This document shows positions 38,778-49,177 of a DNA stretch of 64,000 nucleotides, one piece after another. Made by a program: the position numbers and the translations under genes. How positions within the stretch are numbered: the first letter of the stretch is position 1; each line of letters opens with the position of its first letter. This DNA is from Vicinamibacterales bacterium (GTDB taxonomy: Bacteria; Acidobacteriota; Vicinamibacteria; Vicinamibacterales; UBA2999): positions 319 through 64,318 of the forward strand of contig JBEBFY010000017.1 in NCBI GenBank assembly GCA_040081715.1, given 5' to 3'. The notes beneath the pieces were generated by a model that was given only the letters and a program-made list of their open reading frames with translations, had not been told where the DNA came from and made no database searches.

Positions 38778-39182
38778 CTACTTGACCGGTTCGTTGTGGA
38801 AGTAGTCGTCCGTGTGGTTCAGCCAGTCGTGGCGGATCGGGCTGAACAGATCCATCTCGAAGGTGTCCTCGAGCGCCTCCGCCTGGTGGTGCAGCCATGA
38901 CGGGATGTGCAGCACCTCGCCCGCGCGCACGATGATGTCCTCGCCGCCGACCTTAAACTTCATCGACCCGGTGAGCACGTAGGTGATCTGCTCGGCCTCA
39001 TGGTTGTGCATCGGCACGATGCAGCCGCTCTTGAGGTAGATCTGCGTGATCATCTCTTTCTCGCCAGTGATCACCTTGCGCGAGAGCATCTCGGTGACTT
39101 TTTCGAGGGCAATGTCATCCCACCGGTGGAGGGTGACGCGGTCGGAAGGCGTGCCGCTCGGTGGGGGCGCTGTCGTGGACAT
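38778..39182 (-). CDS. Cupin-domain protein
   Basis: [35 protein letters not shown] metal-binding cupin motifs. Confidence 0.88.
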   Translation of the reverse strand: MSTTAPPPSGTPSDRVTLHRWDDIALEKVTEMLSRKVITGEKEMITQIYLKSGCIVPMHNHEAEQITYVLTGSMKFKVGGEDIIVRAGEVLHIPSWLHHQAEALEDTFEMDLFSPIRHDWLNHTDDYFHNEPVK

Positions 39183-39221
39183 GGCGACACTCTATCGCAC
39201 GTCTACCGCACCTCACCCGAG

Positions 39222-39230
39222 TGCTATAAT
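39222..39230 (+). promoter_or_regulatory. Extended -10 promoter of the E1 dehydrogenase gene
   Basis: Perfect TGcTATAAT, 9 nt upstream of ATG 39240; no SD. Confidence 0.7.
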
Positions 39231-39239
39231 TCGCCGGTT

Positions 39240-41387
39240 ATGGCGTCGAGCGTGGCCCCGGCAGGGGGCACCCCTGTCGCGGATTCGTCCAGGGCCAGCC
39301 ACGTCACGGGCCTGACCCGCGACGAACTCATCGCGGCGTACCGCTCGATGCTGCTCTCACGGGCCATCGACGACCGCGAGATCCAGCTTCGCAACCAGAG
39401 TCAGGCCTACTTCCAGATCAGCGGCGCCGGTCACGAGGCGATCCTCACGGCCGCGGCGATGGCCTTCCGCCCGGGGCACGACTGGTTCTTTCCCTACTAT
39501 CGCGACCGCGCGCTTTGCCTCGGACTCGGCATGACGCCGTACGAAATGTTCCTCGCGGCGGTGGGCGCGGCGGAGGACGGCATGTCCTCGGGACGCCAGA
39601 TGCCCTCGCACTGGAGCAGCCGGCGGCTGCACATTCCCACGCAGAGCAGCGTCGTGGCGTCCCAGTGCCTGCACGCGGTCGGCTGCGCCGAGGCCACGCT
39701 CAGGTATCGCGCACTGGGCATCGGCCCCGCGAATGGCGAGCCGGTCCTCGGCGACGAGGTGACCTACGTGTCCATCGGTGACGGAGGCACGAGCGAAGGC
39801 GAGTTCTGGGAGGCGCTGAACTCCGCCTGCACGATGCGCCTCCCGCTGGTCGTGCTGGTCGAGGACAACGGCTATGCCATCTCCACCCCGGTTGAGGCGC
39901 AGACGCCGGGCGGCGACATCGGCCGGATCGTGGAAGGCTTTCCGAACCTGACCGTCCTGCGCACGGACGGCACGGACTTCCCCGAGAGCCTGCAGACCAT
40001 GCGCGCCGCGGTGAAGCTCGCGCGCGACGGCGCAGGGCCCGTCCTCGTGCACGCCAGGTGCACGCGGCCCTACTCGCACTCGCACTCAGACGACGAGACG
40101 CTGTACAAGCCGGCCGCGGAGCGCGAGGCCGAGGCGCACCGCGACCCCCTGACGCGGATGGCGCGCTGGCTCAAGGACGAAGGCCTGGCCGACGACGCGG
40201 CGCTCACCTCACTGGCGGCGGAAGTCGCGCACGAGGCCGCCGACGCGGCGGACCGTGCCCTCATCGCACCAAAGCCCGACCCGTCCACGGCCACCGCGTT
40301 CGTGTTCTCGCCCGATGTGGACCCCACGTCGCAGGCGTTCGACACACCGGCGGTGCCCGAGGGGAAGCCCGACACACTGGTGGCTGCCATCAACCGGACT
40401 CTTTGCGACGAGATGACGCGGGATCCCCGCATCCTCGTCTTCGGCCAGGACGTGGCCGATGCCTCCAGGGAAGGCGCGCTGGCCGAGGTCAGCGGCAAGG
40501 GCGGCGTGTTCAAGGCGACCCACGGCCTGCAGCGCCGGTTCGGCGGCGACCGTGTCTTCAACTCGCCGCTGGCGGAAGCCAACATCGTCGGCCGCGCCGT
40601 TGGCCTGGCGCTGAGAGGCCTGAAGCCAGTCGTCGAGATCCAGTTCTTCGACTACATCTGGCCGGCCATGCTCCAGATCCGCGACGAACTGACGGTCTTC
40701 CGGTACCGGTCCGGCAACGCGTGGTCCGCTCCCGTGGTCATCCGTGCGCCGATTGGGGGGTATCTCCGAGGCGGCGGGCCGTACCACAGCCAGTCCGGCA
40801 CCAGCATCTTCGCGCACTGCCCGGGGATCCGGATCGCGTTCCCGTCGAGCGCGGCAGATGCGGCGGGCCTGCTGCGAACCGCCATCAGGTGCGATGACCC
40901 GGTGCTCTTCCTGGAACACAAGCACCTCTACCGGCAGACCTACACGAAGGGCGAGTATCCCGGCGCGGACCACATGGTGCCGTTCGGCAAGGCCGCCGTG
41001 CGGCGCGACGGCTCCGACATGGTGATCCTGACGTGGGGCGCGCTCGTGCAGAAGTCGCTCCTGGCCGCGCAGCAGGCCGAACAGGAGGGCGTCAGCGTAG
41101 CCGTCGTGGACCTGCGGACGCTCATGCCCTACGACTGGGACACCATCGCGGCGATGGTCGCGCGCACCAACCGCGTGATCATCGCGCACGAGGACCAGCT
41201 CACGTGCGGATTCGGCGCCGAGTTGGCCGCGCGGATCTCGGATGAGCTCTTCGGCGAACTGGACGCACCCATCCGCCGCGTAGCGGCACTGGACTGCCCG
41301 GTGGCCTACTCGCCGGCGCTCGAAGAAGCGATCCTGCCGGGTTCGCCGGACGTGCTCCGAGCCATCAGGGATACGGCGGCGTACTAG
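39240..41387 (+). CDS. Fused alpha/beta E1 component of a 2-oxoacid (probably branched-chain) dehydrogenase
   Basis: [22 protein letters not shown] motif [23 protein letters not shown], beta part [36 protein letters not shown]. Confidence 0.92.
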   Translation: MASSVAPAGGTPVADSSRASHVTGLTRDELIAAYRSMLLSRAIDDREIQLRNQSQAYFQISGAGHEAILTAAAMAFRPGHDWFFPYYRDRALCLGLGMTPYEMFLAAVGAAEDGMSSGRQMPSHWSSRRLHIPTQSSVVASQCLHAVGCAEATLRYRALGIGPANGEPVLGDEVTYVSIGDGGTSEGEFWEALNSACTMRLPLVVLVEDNGYAISTPVEAQTPGGDIGRIVEGFPNLTVLRTDGTDFPESLQTMRAAVKLARDGAGPVLVHARCTRPYSHSHSDDETLYKPAAEREAEAHRDPLTRMARWLKDEGLADDAALTSLAAEVAHEAADAADRALIAPKPDPSTATAFVFSPDVDPTSQAFDTPAVPEGKPDTLVAAINRTLCDEMTRDPRILVFGQDVADASREGALAEVSGKGGVFKATHGLQRRFGGDRVFNSPLAEANIVGRAVGLALRGLKPVVEIQFFDYIWPAMLQIRDELTVFRYRSGNAWSAPVVIRAPIGGYLRGGGPYHSQSGTSIFAHCPGIRIAFPSSAADAAGLLRTAIRCDDPVLFLEHKHLYRQTYTKGEYPGADHMVPFGKAAVRRDGSDMVILTWGALVQKSLLAAQQAEQEGVSVAVVDLRTLMPYDWDTIAAMVARTNRVIIAHEDQLTCGFGAELAARISDELFGELDAPIRRVAALDCPVAYSPALEEAILPGSPDVLRAIRDTAAY

Positions 41388-41460
41388 AACGCGCCACCCC
41401 GGTATCCTTGGTCGTCACGTCCGCCAGTCTGCTGGAGACGGGCAAGCCCCTGAGAAACTG

Positions 41461-42132
41461 ATGACAATTGAACCCGCCCTCCGTGACATCCCCGGCGCCG
41501 TCGGATCACTGGAGGCGCTGCTGGATCTGCCTGCGGGTCCTCCCCGCGCCGTCGTGGTGCTCGCGCACCCGCTTCCCACGGCCGGGGGCACGATGCACAC
41601 GAAGATGATCTTTCAGGCCGCCAAGGGCCTGACCCGGAGCGGCTGTGCCGTGCTCCGCTTCAACTTCCGGGGCGTGGGCCGGAGCGCCGGCACCTTCGAT
41701 GAGGGCCGTGGCGAACAGGACGACTTCCGCGCCGCGGTGGACTACGCAGCCGCGCGCTTCCCCGGGCTGGAGATCTGGGGCGGGGGCGGATCGTTCGGCG
41801 CGTTCGTGGGCATGACGGCATCGAGCCACGACCCGCGCGTGGTGGCACGCATCGGCATCGCCGCCCCCGTGAACCGCTATGACTTCTCGGAGGTGCTCGG
41901 CACGGTGAAGCCCACGTTTCTGGTCCACGGGGAGGACGACGAACTGATCCCCCTCGAACTGGTCCGCGAGTTCTACGCCAGACTTGAGGAACCGAAGGAA
42001 CTGGTGGTGATCGACAGCGCGAACCACCTGTTCGAGGGGCAGGCCAGCGAGGTGGGCGACGCGCTCGAGGAGCTTCTGGGTGACTTCCTCGTGTCGACCC
42101 CGGGCAGCGCCGACGGATCCGCTCGCCCATGA
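41461..42132 (+). CDS. Alpha/beta hydrolase (COG2945-like)
   Basis: [29 protein letters not shown] nucleophile, HGEDDEL, ANHLF. Confidence 0.88.
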   Translation: MTIEPALRDIPGAVGSLEALLDLPAGPPRAVVVLAHPLPTAGGTMHTKMIFQAAKGLTRSGCAVLRFNFRGVGRSAGTFDEGRGEQDDFRAAVDYAAARFPGLEIWGGGGSFGAFVGMTASSHDPRVVARIGIAAPVNRYDFSEVLGTVKPTFLVHGEDDELIPLELVREFYARLEEPKELVVIDSANHLFEGQASEVGDALEELLGDFLVSTPGSADGSARP

Positions 42133-43298
42133 GAGAGGCCGTCATCGTCTCGGCCGTTCGCACGCCGGTGGGCCGCGCACCGCGCGGTGTGCTGCGCACC
42201 ACGCGCCCGGACGAATTGGCGGCCGTGGTGTTGCGGGAGGCACTCCGTCGCGCACCGGGCATCGACCCGGCCGAGGTGGAGGACGTCATTCTGGGCTGCG
42301 CGATGCCCGAGGCCGAGCAGGGCCTGAACGTGGCGCGCATCTCGAGCCTGCGGGCGGGCCTCCCCGTGGAAGCCTCGGCCGTTACGGTGAACCGGTTCTG
42401 CGCGTCGGGGCTGCAGGCCATCGCCTACGCCGCGGAGCGCATCCTCGCTGGAGGCGCCGAGGTGATCCTGGCCGGAGGCACGGAATCGATGAGCCTGATT
42501 CCGATGGGCGGCCACCGCATCGCACCCAACCCGGCGCTGGTCGACACCTACCCCGACGTCTACCTGACGACGGGACTCGTCGCCGAGAACCACGCCCGCG
42601 CGTCCGGAATCAGCCGCGAGGCGCAGGACGCCTTCGCGCTGGAAAGCCACCTCAGGGCGATTGCCGCGCAGGATGCGGGCCGGTTCGACGCCGAAACGGT
42701 GGCCGTCACGATTCCAGTGGTGGGCGACACGCCCCACGATGTCAGGCAGACGACGGTCGCGCGGGATGAAGGACCTCGGCGCGAGACCTCACGCGAGGCG
42801 CTGGCGGCGTTGAAGCCAGCCTTTCACAGCGCGGGCAGCGTCACCGCAGGTAACTCGTCGCAGATGAGCGACGGCGCGGCCGCCGTATTGGTGACGTCGA
42901 TGGAGGTGGCCCGGGCGCGCGGATTCACGCCGCTGGGGCGCTTCGTGGCCTACGCCACGGCAGGGGTGGCGCCGGAGCTCTTCGGCACGGGGCCGGTACC
43001 GGCGATTCGCAAGGTCCTGGCCCGCACCGGCCTGACCCTTGACGACATGGACCTGGTGGAACTGAACGAAGCCTTCGCCGCGCAGGTGCTGGCCTGCCTG
43101 CGGGAGCTGCCCATCGACCCGGCTCGCCTCAACGTCAACGGCGGCGCCATTGCCCTCGGGCACCCGCTCGGCTGCACGGGGGCGAAGCTCACGGCGTCGC
43201 TCCTTCATGAACTCGGCAGGCGCAAGGCCCGGTACGGCCTCGTGACGATGTGCGTCGGCGGTGGCATGGGGGCTGCCGCCATCTTCGAACGCCTCTAG
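42129..43298 (+). CDS. Thiolase (acetyl-CoA C-acyltransferase)
   Basis: [47 protein letters not shown]. Confidence 0.95.
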   Translation: MREAVIVSAVRTPVGRAPRGVLRTTRPDELAAVVLREALRRAPGIDPAEVEDVILGCAMPEAEQGLNVARISSLRAGLPVEASAVTVNRFCASGLQAIAYAAERILAGGAEVILAGGTESMSLIPMGGHRIAPNPALVDTYPDVYLTTGLVAENHARASGISREAQDAFALESHLRAIAAQDAGRFDAETVAVTIPVVGDTPHDVRQTTVARDEGPRRETSREALAALKPAFHSAGSVTAGNSSQMSDGAAAVLVTSMEVARARGFTPLGRFVAYATAGVAPELFGTGPVPAIRKVLARTGLTLDDMDLVELNEAFAAQVLACLRELPIDPARLNVNGGAIALGHPLGCTGAKLTASLLHELGRRKARYGLVTMCVGGGMGAAAIFERL

Positions 43299-43327
43299 CC
43301 ATCGGGCGGGGCTGTATATTTCGAGTG

Positions 43328-43987
43328 ATGCGTCACACCATTCCGACTGCCGTCCTCGGCGCCGCACTGGCCTTGCTGACCGCCTGCTCGTCCGGACCCA
43401 CGCCGCTCGACGACTCCGCGACCTACGTAGAGGAAGTGCGCGCGCAACGGGCACAGAAGGATGCCTTCTTCAGCTCGGACGAGGCCGAGAACCCGGTGCC
43501 GAAGGAGAAGCGGGCGCAGTTCGTGCCGCTGGCCTACTACGACATCGATCCGGAGTACCGAGTGCCGGCTGCGCTCGCCGTGGCCAGCAGCCAGCCGGTG
43601 TTCGACATGCCCACTTCCACCGGCAAAATGCGGAAGGTGACGCAGATCGGCACGCTGACCTTCACGGTCAAGGGACAGGCCCTGACGCTCACGGCGTTTG
43701 CCGGCGAGGGGGCAGACGGCCGGCCGGACATGAACAAACTGTTTCTTCCATTCAGCGACTCGACCAGCGGCACCGACACCTATGCGGCGGGGCGCTTCCT
43801 GGATCTGGCCCGTACGGCCACCGCCGTGTACGTCATCGACTTCAACGACGCCTACAACCCGTACTGCGCCTACAACGCGACGTTTGACTGCCCGCTGCCC
43901 CCGCGCTCCAATCGGCTCACGGTACCCATCCTGGCCGGCGAGAAGATCAAGCTGGAGATGCCCGTGCCCGCCACCTCGGCCAGCTGA
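43328..43987 (+). CDS. DUF1684-family lipoprotein
   Basis: Lipobox LTAC; LFLPFSDSTSGTDTYAAGRFLD, IDFNDAYNPYCAYN..CPLPP..NRL..ILAGEK. Confidence 0.88.
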   Translation: MRHTIPTAVLGAALALLTACSSGPTPLDDSATYVEEVRAQRAQKDAFFSSDEAENPVPKEKRAQFVPLAYYDIDPEYRVPAALAVASSQPVFDMPTSTGKMRKVTQIGTLTFTVKGQALTLTAFAGEGADGRPDMNKLFLPFSDSTSGTDTYAAGRFLDLARTATAVYVIDFNDAYNPYCAYNATFDCPLPPRSNRLTVPILAGEKIKLEMPVPATSAS

Positions 43988-44010
43988 ATGAGCCCGTCCC
44001 CGAGCCCGGC

Positions 44011-44712
44011 ATGCCCGCCCATCTAGACGCCGTCATCTTCGACTTTGACGGCGTGATCGCCAACAGCGAGCCACTGCACTTCGAGGCGTTCGGCCGGACG
44101 CTGGCGGACGAGGGCTTATCCCTGACCCGCGACGACTACTACGCCCGGTACCTGGGCTATGACGACGTCGGGGCGTTTGACGCCGTGGCGCGGGACGCGG
44201 GACGTCACCTCACGCCGGAGGCGATCCGCACCATGGTTGCCACCAAGGGGCGCCACATGCAGAGCCTGATGCACGGCCCCGAGGTCCTGTTTCCAGGGGC
44301 GGTTGCCTTCATCCGGGCGTGTGCCGCCGCGGTGCCCGTGGCGATCTGTTCCGGCGCGCTCCGGCACGAGATTGTGGAGATCCTCGATGCCGCGGAGCTG
44401 CGGGCGGTCGTCCCGACCGTCGTGGCCTCTGGTGACACACCGGAGAGCAAGCCCTCGCCCGCGCCCTATCAGCTCGCGTTCGCGCGGCTCAACAGCGCGG
44501 CCGGCGGGCGTCTGCGGGCCGATCGCACCGTTGCGATCGAGGACTCGCGCTGGGGCCTCGAATCCGCCCTGGGCGCCGGATTGCGGCTGGTCGGCGTGAC
44601 CAACAGCTATGGAGCCGAGGCCCTCCCCGGTGCGGAGCTGGTGGTCAGCGGTCTCGATACATTGACCCTTTCCATGCTCGATGAGGTGTGCCGTGTCGCA
44701 CGACCTCACTGA
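44011..44712 (+). CDS. HAD-family phosphatase (beta-PGM-like)
   Basis: FDFDGVIANSE, CSGA, KPSP, IEDSRWG. Confidence 0.92.
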   Translation: MPAHLDAVIFDFDGVIANSEPLHFEAFGRTLADEGLSLTRDDYYARYLGYDDVGAFDAVARDAGRHLTPEAIRTMVATKGRHMQSLMHGPEVLFPGAVAFIRACAAAVPVAICSGALRHEIVEILDAAELRAVVPTVVASGDTPESKPSPAPYQLAFARLNSAAGGRLRADRTVAIEDSRWGLESALGAGLRLVGVTNSYGAEALPGAELVVSGLDTLTLSMLDEVCRVARPH

Positions 44713-45538
44713 CGACCTGCGCACCGCGCTGGCGGCACCCGATAGCGCGCTGGCCCGCGCGGCGCTGGTGATTGCCCGGATCGAGTATCCCCGGCTCGAC
44801 CCGGAACCGTGCCTGGCTCGGCTGGACGAACTGGGGCGGCAGGCCGCGTCACGGATGGGCGGCGGCGCCACGGCCACCAGGATCGCGAGGCTGAACGAGC
44901 TGCTGTTCGAGCAGGAGGCCTTCGGCGGCAACCACGAGCGCTACGACGACCCGGGCAACAGTTGCCTGAACAATGTGCTCGACCGCCGGACCGGCATCCC
45001 CATCACGCTCTCGGTCGTCTACATGGAGGTCGCGCGGAGGGCAGGTCTGCACGTCGACGGCGTGAACTTCCCGGGCCACTTCCTGGTGCGCTGCGCGGAG
45101 GATCCCGCCGGCGAGATCATCATCGACCCGTTCCACGCCGGGGCCGTGCTCTCCGAGCAGGACTGCCGGCGGCTGCTGCAAACCGAGGCGGGCGGGTCGG
45201 CCTTTGACCGCGCGCTCCTAGCGCCCACGACGCTTCCCCAGATCGCCACGCGGATGCTGACGAACCTGAAGCGGCTCTACGTGGAGATGCGGTCGTTCCC
45301 GCAGGCCCGCGCCGCCACCGAGCTGCTCCTGACCCTGAACCCTGCCTCGCTGGCTGAACTGCGGGATCGGGGTCTTCTGGCGTACCACCTGAACGACCTG
45401 CCGACCGCCCTGCGGGACCTGCAGACCTATCTCTCGCTGGCCGGCCGAGGCGTGGCCGACGAAGAGACGCGGGACGAGCAGGCGCGGATCTGGGAACACA
45501 TCAAGGCCCTTCGGCGGCGCACCGCCACCCTGAACTGA
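44693..45538 (+). CDS. SirB1 / transglutaminase-like protein with C-terminal TPR
   Basis: F.GN..YDDPGNS.LN.VLDRRTGIPITLS, GVNFPGHFL, IDPF, RMLTNLK, ELRDRGL. Confidence 0.88.
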   Translation: MSHDLTDDLRTALAAPDSALARAALVIARIEYPRLDPEPCLARLDELGRQAASRMGGGATATRIARLNELLFEQEAFGGNHERYDDPGNSCLNNVLDRRTGIPITLSVVYMEVARRAGLHVDGVNFPGHFLVRCAEDPAGEIIIDPFHAGAVLSEQDCRRLLQTEAGGSAFDRALLAPTTLPQIATRMLTNLKRLYVEMRSFPQARAATELLLTLNPASLAELRDRGLLAYHLNDLPTALRDLQTYLSLAGRGVADEETRDEQARIWEHIKALRRRTATLN

Positions 45539-45803
45539 CACGAGGCCCTGGAGACAGGGGTCACGCCTCAGCTCTACCGGGACCCCATTAGACGGTAGGC
45601 TCCTTCTAGCGCGCAACAGCATGGAGTGGGTATCCAATGCACTGGATTCTGGACTGTCCAACGGCCTGTTTTGCAGCCAGATTCTTTAATTGTCGCAATT
45701 TGACTTTGGCACAAGCCGTGAAATGATTAGCGGGTTGTACCGACGCCAAACACCCGTCCTGGGGCTTGGGGTCCACGTTGAACCAACAAGGAGAGAGACA
45801 CGC

Positions 45804-48800
45804 ATGACGAAGCGAGCAGGAATCTGGCTGGTAGCGTTGGCGCTCATCGCGCTGCCGCAACTGGCCGGAGCACAGACCAGCGGAACGATCGCTGGCGTGG
45901 TCAAGGACGCGTCCGGCGCCGTACTGCCGGGTGCCACCGTCGAGGCTGCGAGCCCGGCGCTGATTGAAAAGGTCCGCATTGCCGTCACCGACGGCCAGGG
46001 CAACTACAAAATCATCGACCTCCGTCCGGGTGTCTACACCGTGACGGTGACAATGCCGGGCTTCGGCACCTACAAGCGCGAAGGCCTCGACCTCTCGGCC
46101 GGCGTCACGGCCAACGTGGCCGCCGAGCTCAAGGTCGGTTCGCTCGAAGAAACGGTGACCGTCACCGGTGCAACGCCGATCGTCGACGTGCAGAGCGCCC
46201 GCACGCAGAACGTCATGAAGAGCGAGACGCTCGACAGCCTGCCCTCCGGCTCGCGCAACCTGATGGCGTTTGCCGCCATGACGCTGGGCGCGATGCCCTC
46301 GTCCGGCGGCCGCAACGACGTGGGCGGCGACAAGGGTGAGCAGGCCACGGGCATCATCCTGCACGGTGGCCGCGGCGACGACGGCCGCGTGAACTGGGAC
46401 GGCATGAGCACGAACGTGTTCTTCGGCGGCGGCGGCGGCCAGCAGCGCACCTACTACTTCAACACCATTGCGGTACAGGAAGTGGTCGTTGACACGGCGG
46501 GCGCCACGGCCGACACCGAAACGGGCGGCGCCAACATCAACATGGTGCCCCGCGAAGGCGGCAACAGCCTGAAGCTCTACTCAAACCTCGCTTTCACGAA
46601 CGAGAGCCTCTCGGCTGAAAGCGTCCCGACGTCGGTGAGCGACCGCGGCTTCGCGGCCCAGTCCTCGCTCCGGAAGATCTACGACTACGGCGCCGGCGTC
46701 GGCGGCCCGATCAAGCAGGACAAGGCATGGTTCTACGCCACGTACCGCAACTGGGGTGCGCAGAACTTCGGCAACGTCAAGGAAGACACCGATACGAACC
46801 CGCTGACCTACACGCCTGGCCCCAACCGGGCCTACGCGGACACCTACTTCGCCGACGAATCGTTCCGCATGACCTGGCAGCTGAGCCCGAAGCACAAGAT
46901 CAACCACGAGTTCCACCTGCAGTACGGCTGCTCGTGCGACCTGGGCATCGGCGGCGGTCAGCTCGCAACGTCGGAGGCGGCGACGGACTTCAACTACGGG
47001 CCCCAGATCCTCAACCAGACGACCTGGAACTGGACGGCGAGCAACAAGCTGCTCGTCCAGGCGGGCGCCAGCTTCCTCCGTCAGGAAGTGAACTTCGTGA
47101 ACGTCGACAAGGTCAACAAGTTCACCGGCAAGGGCACGTCGACCTTCCCGGGCGCCGGGACGTATGCCATCACGGAGCTGGCCACCGGTTTCAGCTACGC
47201 GGCGCTGCCGGGCGGCTTCACCAGCTATGGTGAGAACGACAACAGCAACAACTTCAATCAGAAGGTGTCGGTCAACTACATCACGGGTTCGCACGCCATG
47301 AAGTTCGGCCTGCAGACGGTCCAGGGCAAGTACGACATCTTCGGCATGCAGGGCGGCGTGGAGCAGGTGAACTTCCGCGTCCTCAACGGCGTGCCCACGG
47401 GGCTGCGGCTGTTCGCCGGGCCGTTCCAGTCGTACATGGACCTGCGGGGCGAGGGCCTCTTCGCGCAGGACCAGTGGACGATCAACAAGCTGACCCTGAA
47501 CATCGGCGCCCGCTACGACCACTTCGTCGGCAGCACGCCGGCGCAGACAATCCCGGCCGGCACGTTCCGTCCCGCGTTCAGCGTGGCCGAGCAGAAGAGC
47601 CTGCCGAACTTCAAGGACGTCACCTACCGGGCGGCTGCCGCGTATGACGTGTTCGGCAACGGCAAGACGGCCATCAAGGCTGGCTTCGGCAAGTACCTGA
47701 TGGGCCAGGGCGGTGCGCTCGCCCAGCAGGGCTTCTCGAAGTCGTTCGGCATCGCCGGCGACACGGACCGGAGCTGGACGGACACGAACGGTAACTTCCT
47801 GCCGGACTGTGTGCTGACCAACACCGCCGCCAACGGCGAGTGCGGCGCCAACGTGAACCCGGTGTTCGGCCAGACGCTGTCGTTCGCGGCGCTCGACCCC
47901 AACTGGAGCGAGGGCTGGGGCAAGCGCGAGTACAACTACCAGTGGAACGTCCAGCTCCAGCAGGAACTGCGCCCGGGCATCGGCCTGGCCGCCGGCTACT
48001 TCCACACGCAGTGGGGCAACATGTCGGTCACCCGCAACACCCGCGTGACCCCCAGCGACTTCACCTCCTACTGCGTCACGGCGCCGGCACAGACCCTCGG
48101 CCCGACGAGCGGCCAGCAGATCTGCGGCTTCTACGACCCGACGCCGGCGTCCCTGGCGAAGGGGACCTTCTACCAGATCGAGCAGGCGAGCCTGTACGAC
48201 AGCCTGGGCACCCCGAAGGACTACTTCAACGGCGTGGACATCGGCATCAACGCGCGCTGGGGTAAGGGCGCGCTGATCAACGGCGGCGTCTCTGTCGGTC
48301 GCCAGGTGGTGGACTACTGCTTCGTGAACAGCCGTCCTGACATCAACCCGCAGGGGTTCCCCTCGGGCTCGCCGATCCCCGGCGCCAGCCGCTATCCGCG
48401 CAACGATGACTTCTGCAAGGTCACGTCGAACTGGTGGGATGGCGTCGGCTCGCAGATCAAGCTGCAGGCCATCTACCCGCTGCCGGGTGACATCAACCTC
48501 AGCGCGTCCTACAAGCAGCTGCCCGGCATCGGGATCTCCGGCAACTACGTGCTGACCAACGCGGCGGTGACCAGCATCCTCGGCCGGCCGGCGATCGCGG
48601 GTGGCACGGTCACGCACTCCGTGATTCCCACCGGCAGCGGCAACAACAACGCCGGCGGTGGTACTTCCTCCGTGTTCGACGATCGCCTGAACCAGCTCGA
48701 TGTCCGCCTCAGCAAGAACGTGAAGCTGGGCAAGGGCAAGATTCAGGGCATCTTCGACATCTACAACATCGGCAATGCCCGCACGCCGCAGAGCTCGGTC

Positions 48801-48884
48801 AGCACCCTTGGCCCGGCCTACCAGCGGATCATCAGCACCCTCGGCGGCCGACTCTTCAAGTTCGGCGCGACGATCGACTTCTAG
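45804..48884 (+). CDS. TonB-dependent receptor-like outer-membrane protein 1 (carboxypeptidase-regulatory N-domain, Oar-type)
   Basis: SD AAGGAG, signal peptide, GTIAGVVKDASGAVLPG, EETVTVTG, plug motifs (VQEVVVDT..INMVPREGGN), FAQDQW, C-terminal aromatic ATIDF. Confidence 0.88.
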   Translation: MTKRAGIWLVALALIALPQLAGAQTSGTIAGVVKDASGAVLPGATVEAASPALIEKVRIAVTDGQGNYKIIDLRPGVYTVTVTMPGFGTYKREGLDLSAGVTANVAAELKVGSLEETVTVTGATPIVDVQSARTQNVMKSETLDSLPSGSRNLMAFAAMTLGAMPSSGGRNDVGGDKGEQATGIILHGGRGDDGRVNWDGMSTNVFFGGGGGQQRTYYFNTIAVQEVVVDTAGATADTETGGANINMVPREGGNSLKLYSNLAFTNESLSAESVPTSVSDRGFAAQSSLRKIYDYGAGVGGPIKQDKAWFYATYRNWGAQNFGNVKEDTDTNPLTYTPGPNRAYADTYFADESFRMTWQLSPKHKINHEFHLQYGCSCDLGIGGGQLATSEAATDFNYGPQILNQTTWNWTASNKLLVQAGASFLRQEVNFVNVDKVNKFTGKGTSTFPGAGTYAITELATGFSYAALPGGFTSYGENDNSNNFNQKVSVNYITGSHAMKFGLQTVQGKYDIFGMQGGVEQVNFRVLNGVPTGLRLFAGPFQSYMDLRGEGLFAQDQWTINKLTLNIGARYDHFVGSTPAQTIPAGTFRPAFSVAEQKSLPNFKDVTYRAAAAYDVFGNGKTAIKAGFGKYLMGQGGALAQQGFSKSFGIAGDTDRSWTDTNGNFLPDCVLTNTAANGECGANVNPVFGQTLSFAALDPNWSEGWGKREYNYQWNVQLQQELRPGIGLAAGYFHTQWGNMSVTRNTRVTPSDFTSYCVTAPAQTLGPTSGQQICGFYDPTPASLAKGTFYQIEQASLYDSLGTPKDYFNGVDIGINARWGKGALINGGVSVGRQVVDYCFVNSRPDINPQGFPSGSPIPGASRYPRNDDFCKVTSNWWDGVGSQIKLQAIYPLPGDINLSASYKQLPGIGISGNYVLTNAAVTSILGRPAIAGGTVTHSVIPTGSGNNNAGGGTSSVFDDRLNQLDVRLSKNVKLGKGKIQGIFDIYNIGNARTPQSSVSTLGPAYQRIISTLGGRLFKFGATIDF

Positions 48885-48930
48885 ACCGCTTCAGCCCCCG
48901 GCTGGCCGCAAGGCCGGCCGGGCCTTTCTC

Positions 48931-48959
48931 AAGGCGGGGCCCTCGGGTCCCGCCTTTTT
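48931..48959 (+). terminator. Rho-independent terminator after TBDR1
   Basis: aaggcggggccc-tc-gggtcccgcctt-ttt; preceded by a GCAA-loop hairpin at 48898-48921. Confidence 0.8.
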
Positions 48960-49039
48960 CTTGTACTACCCCTCCCGCACGCCTGCCCTTCCTCCTGGCC
49001 GGCTGTTTCCCCAGGTCTTCCTGCCAACACTGGCTCGGG

Positions 49040-49068
49040 TTGACGAACGCTTCCAGCGGGCGTAGATT
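49040..49068 (+). promoter_or_regulatory. sigma70-type promoter of TBDR2
   Basis: TTGACG (49040-49045), 17 nt, TAGATT (49063-49068). Confidence 0.65.
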
Positions 49069-49177
49069 CACATGCCCCATTCGTGGTAACTGCGCGGACG
49101 GGAACGGTACGCCTTGGAGTCCCGGGTCTTGTTAATCGTGGGTGGCAGTCTGCCGCCCGAGGAAGAGGAGTCAGAGT

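Noticed and set aside
41388-41460. Small hairpins upstream of the alpha/beta hydrolase as a possible riboswitch
   Set aside because: No recognisable aptamer consensus; short stems are expected by chance at this GC content.
45707-45722. Possible sigma54 promoter TGGCAC-N5-GTGAA upstream of TBDR1
   Set aside because: The -12 position reads GA rather than the near-invariant GC; a sigma70-like reading fits at least as well.
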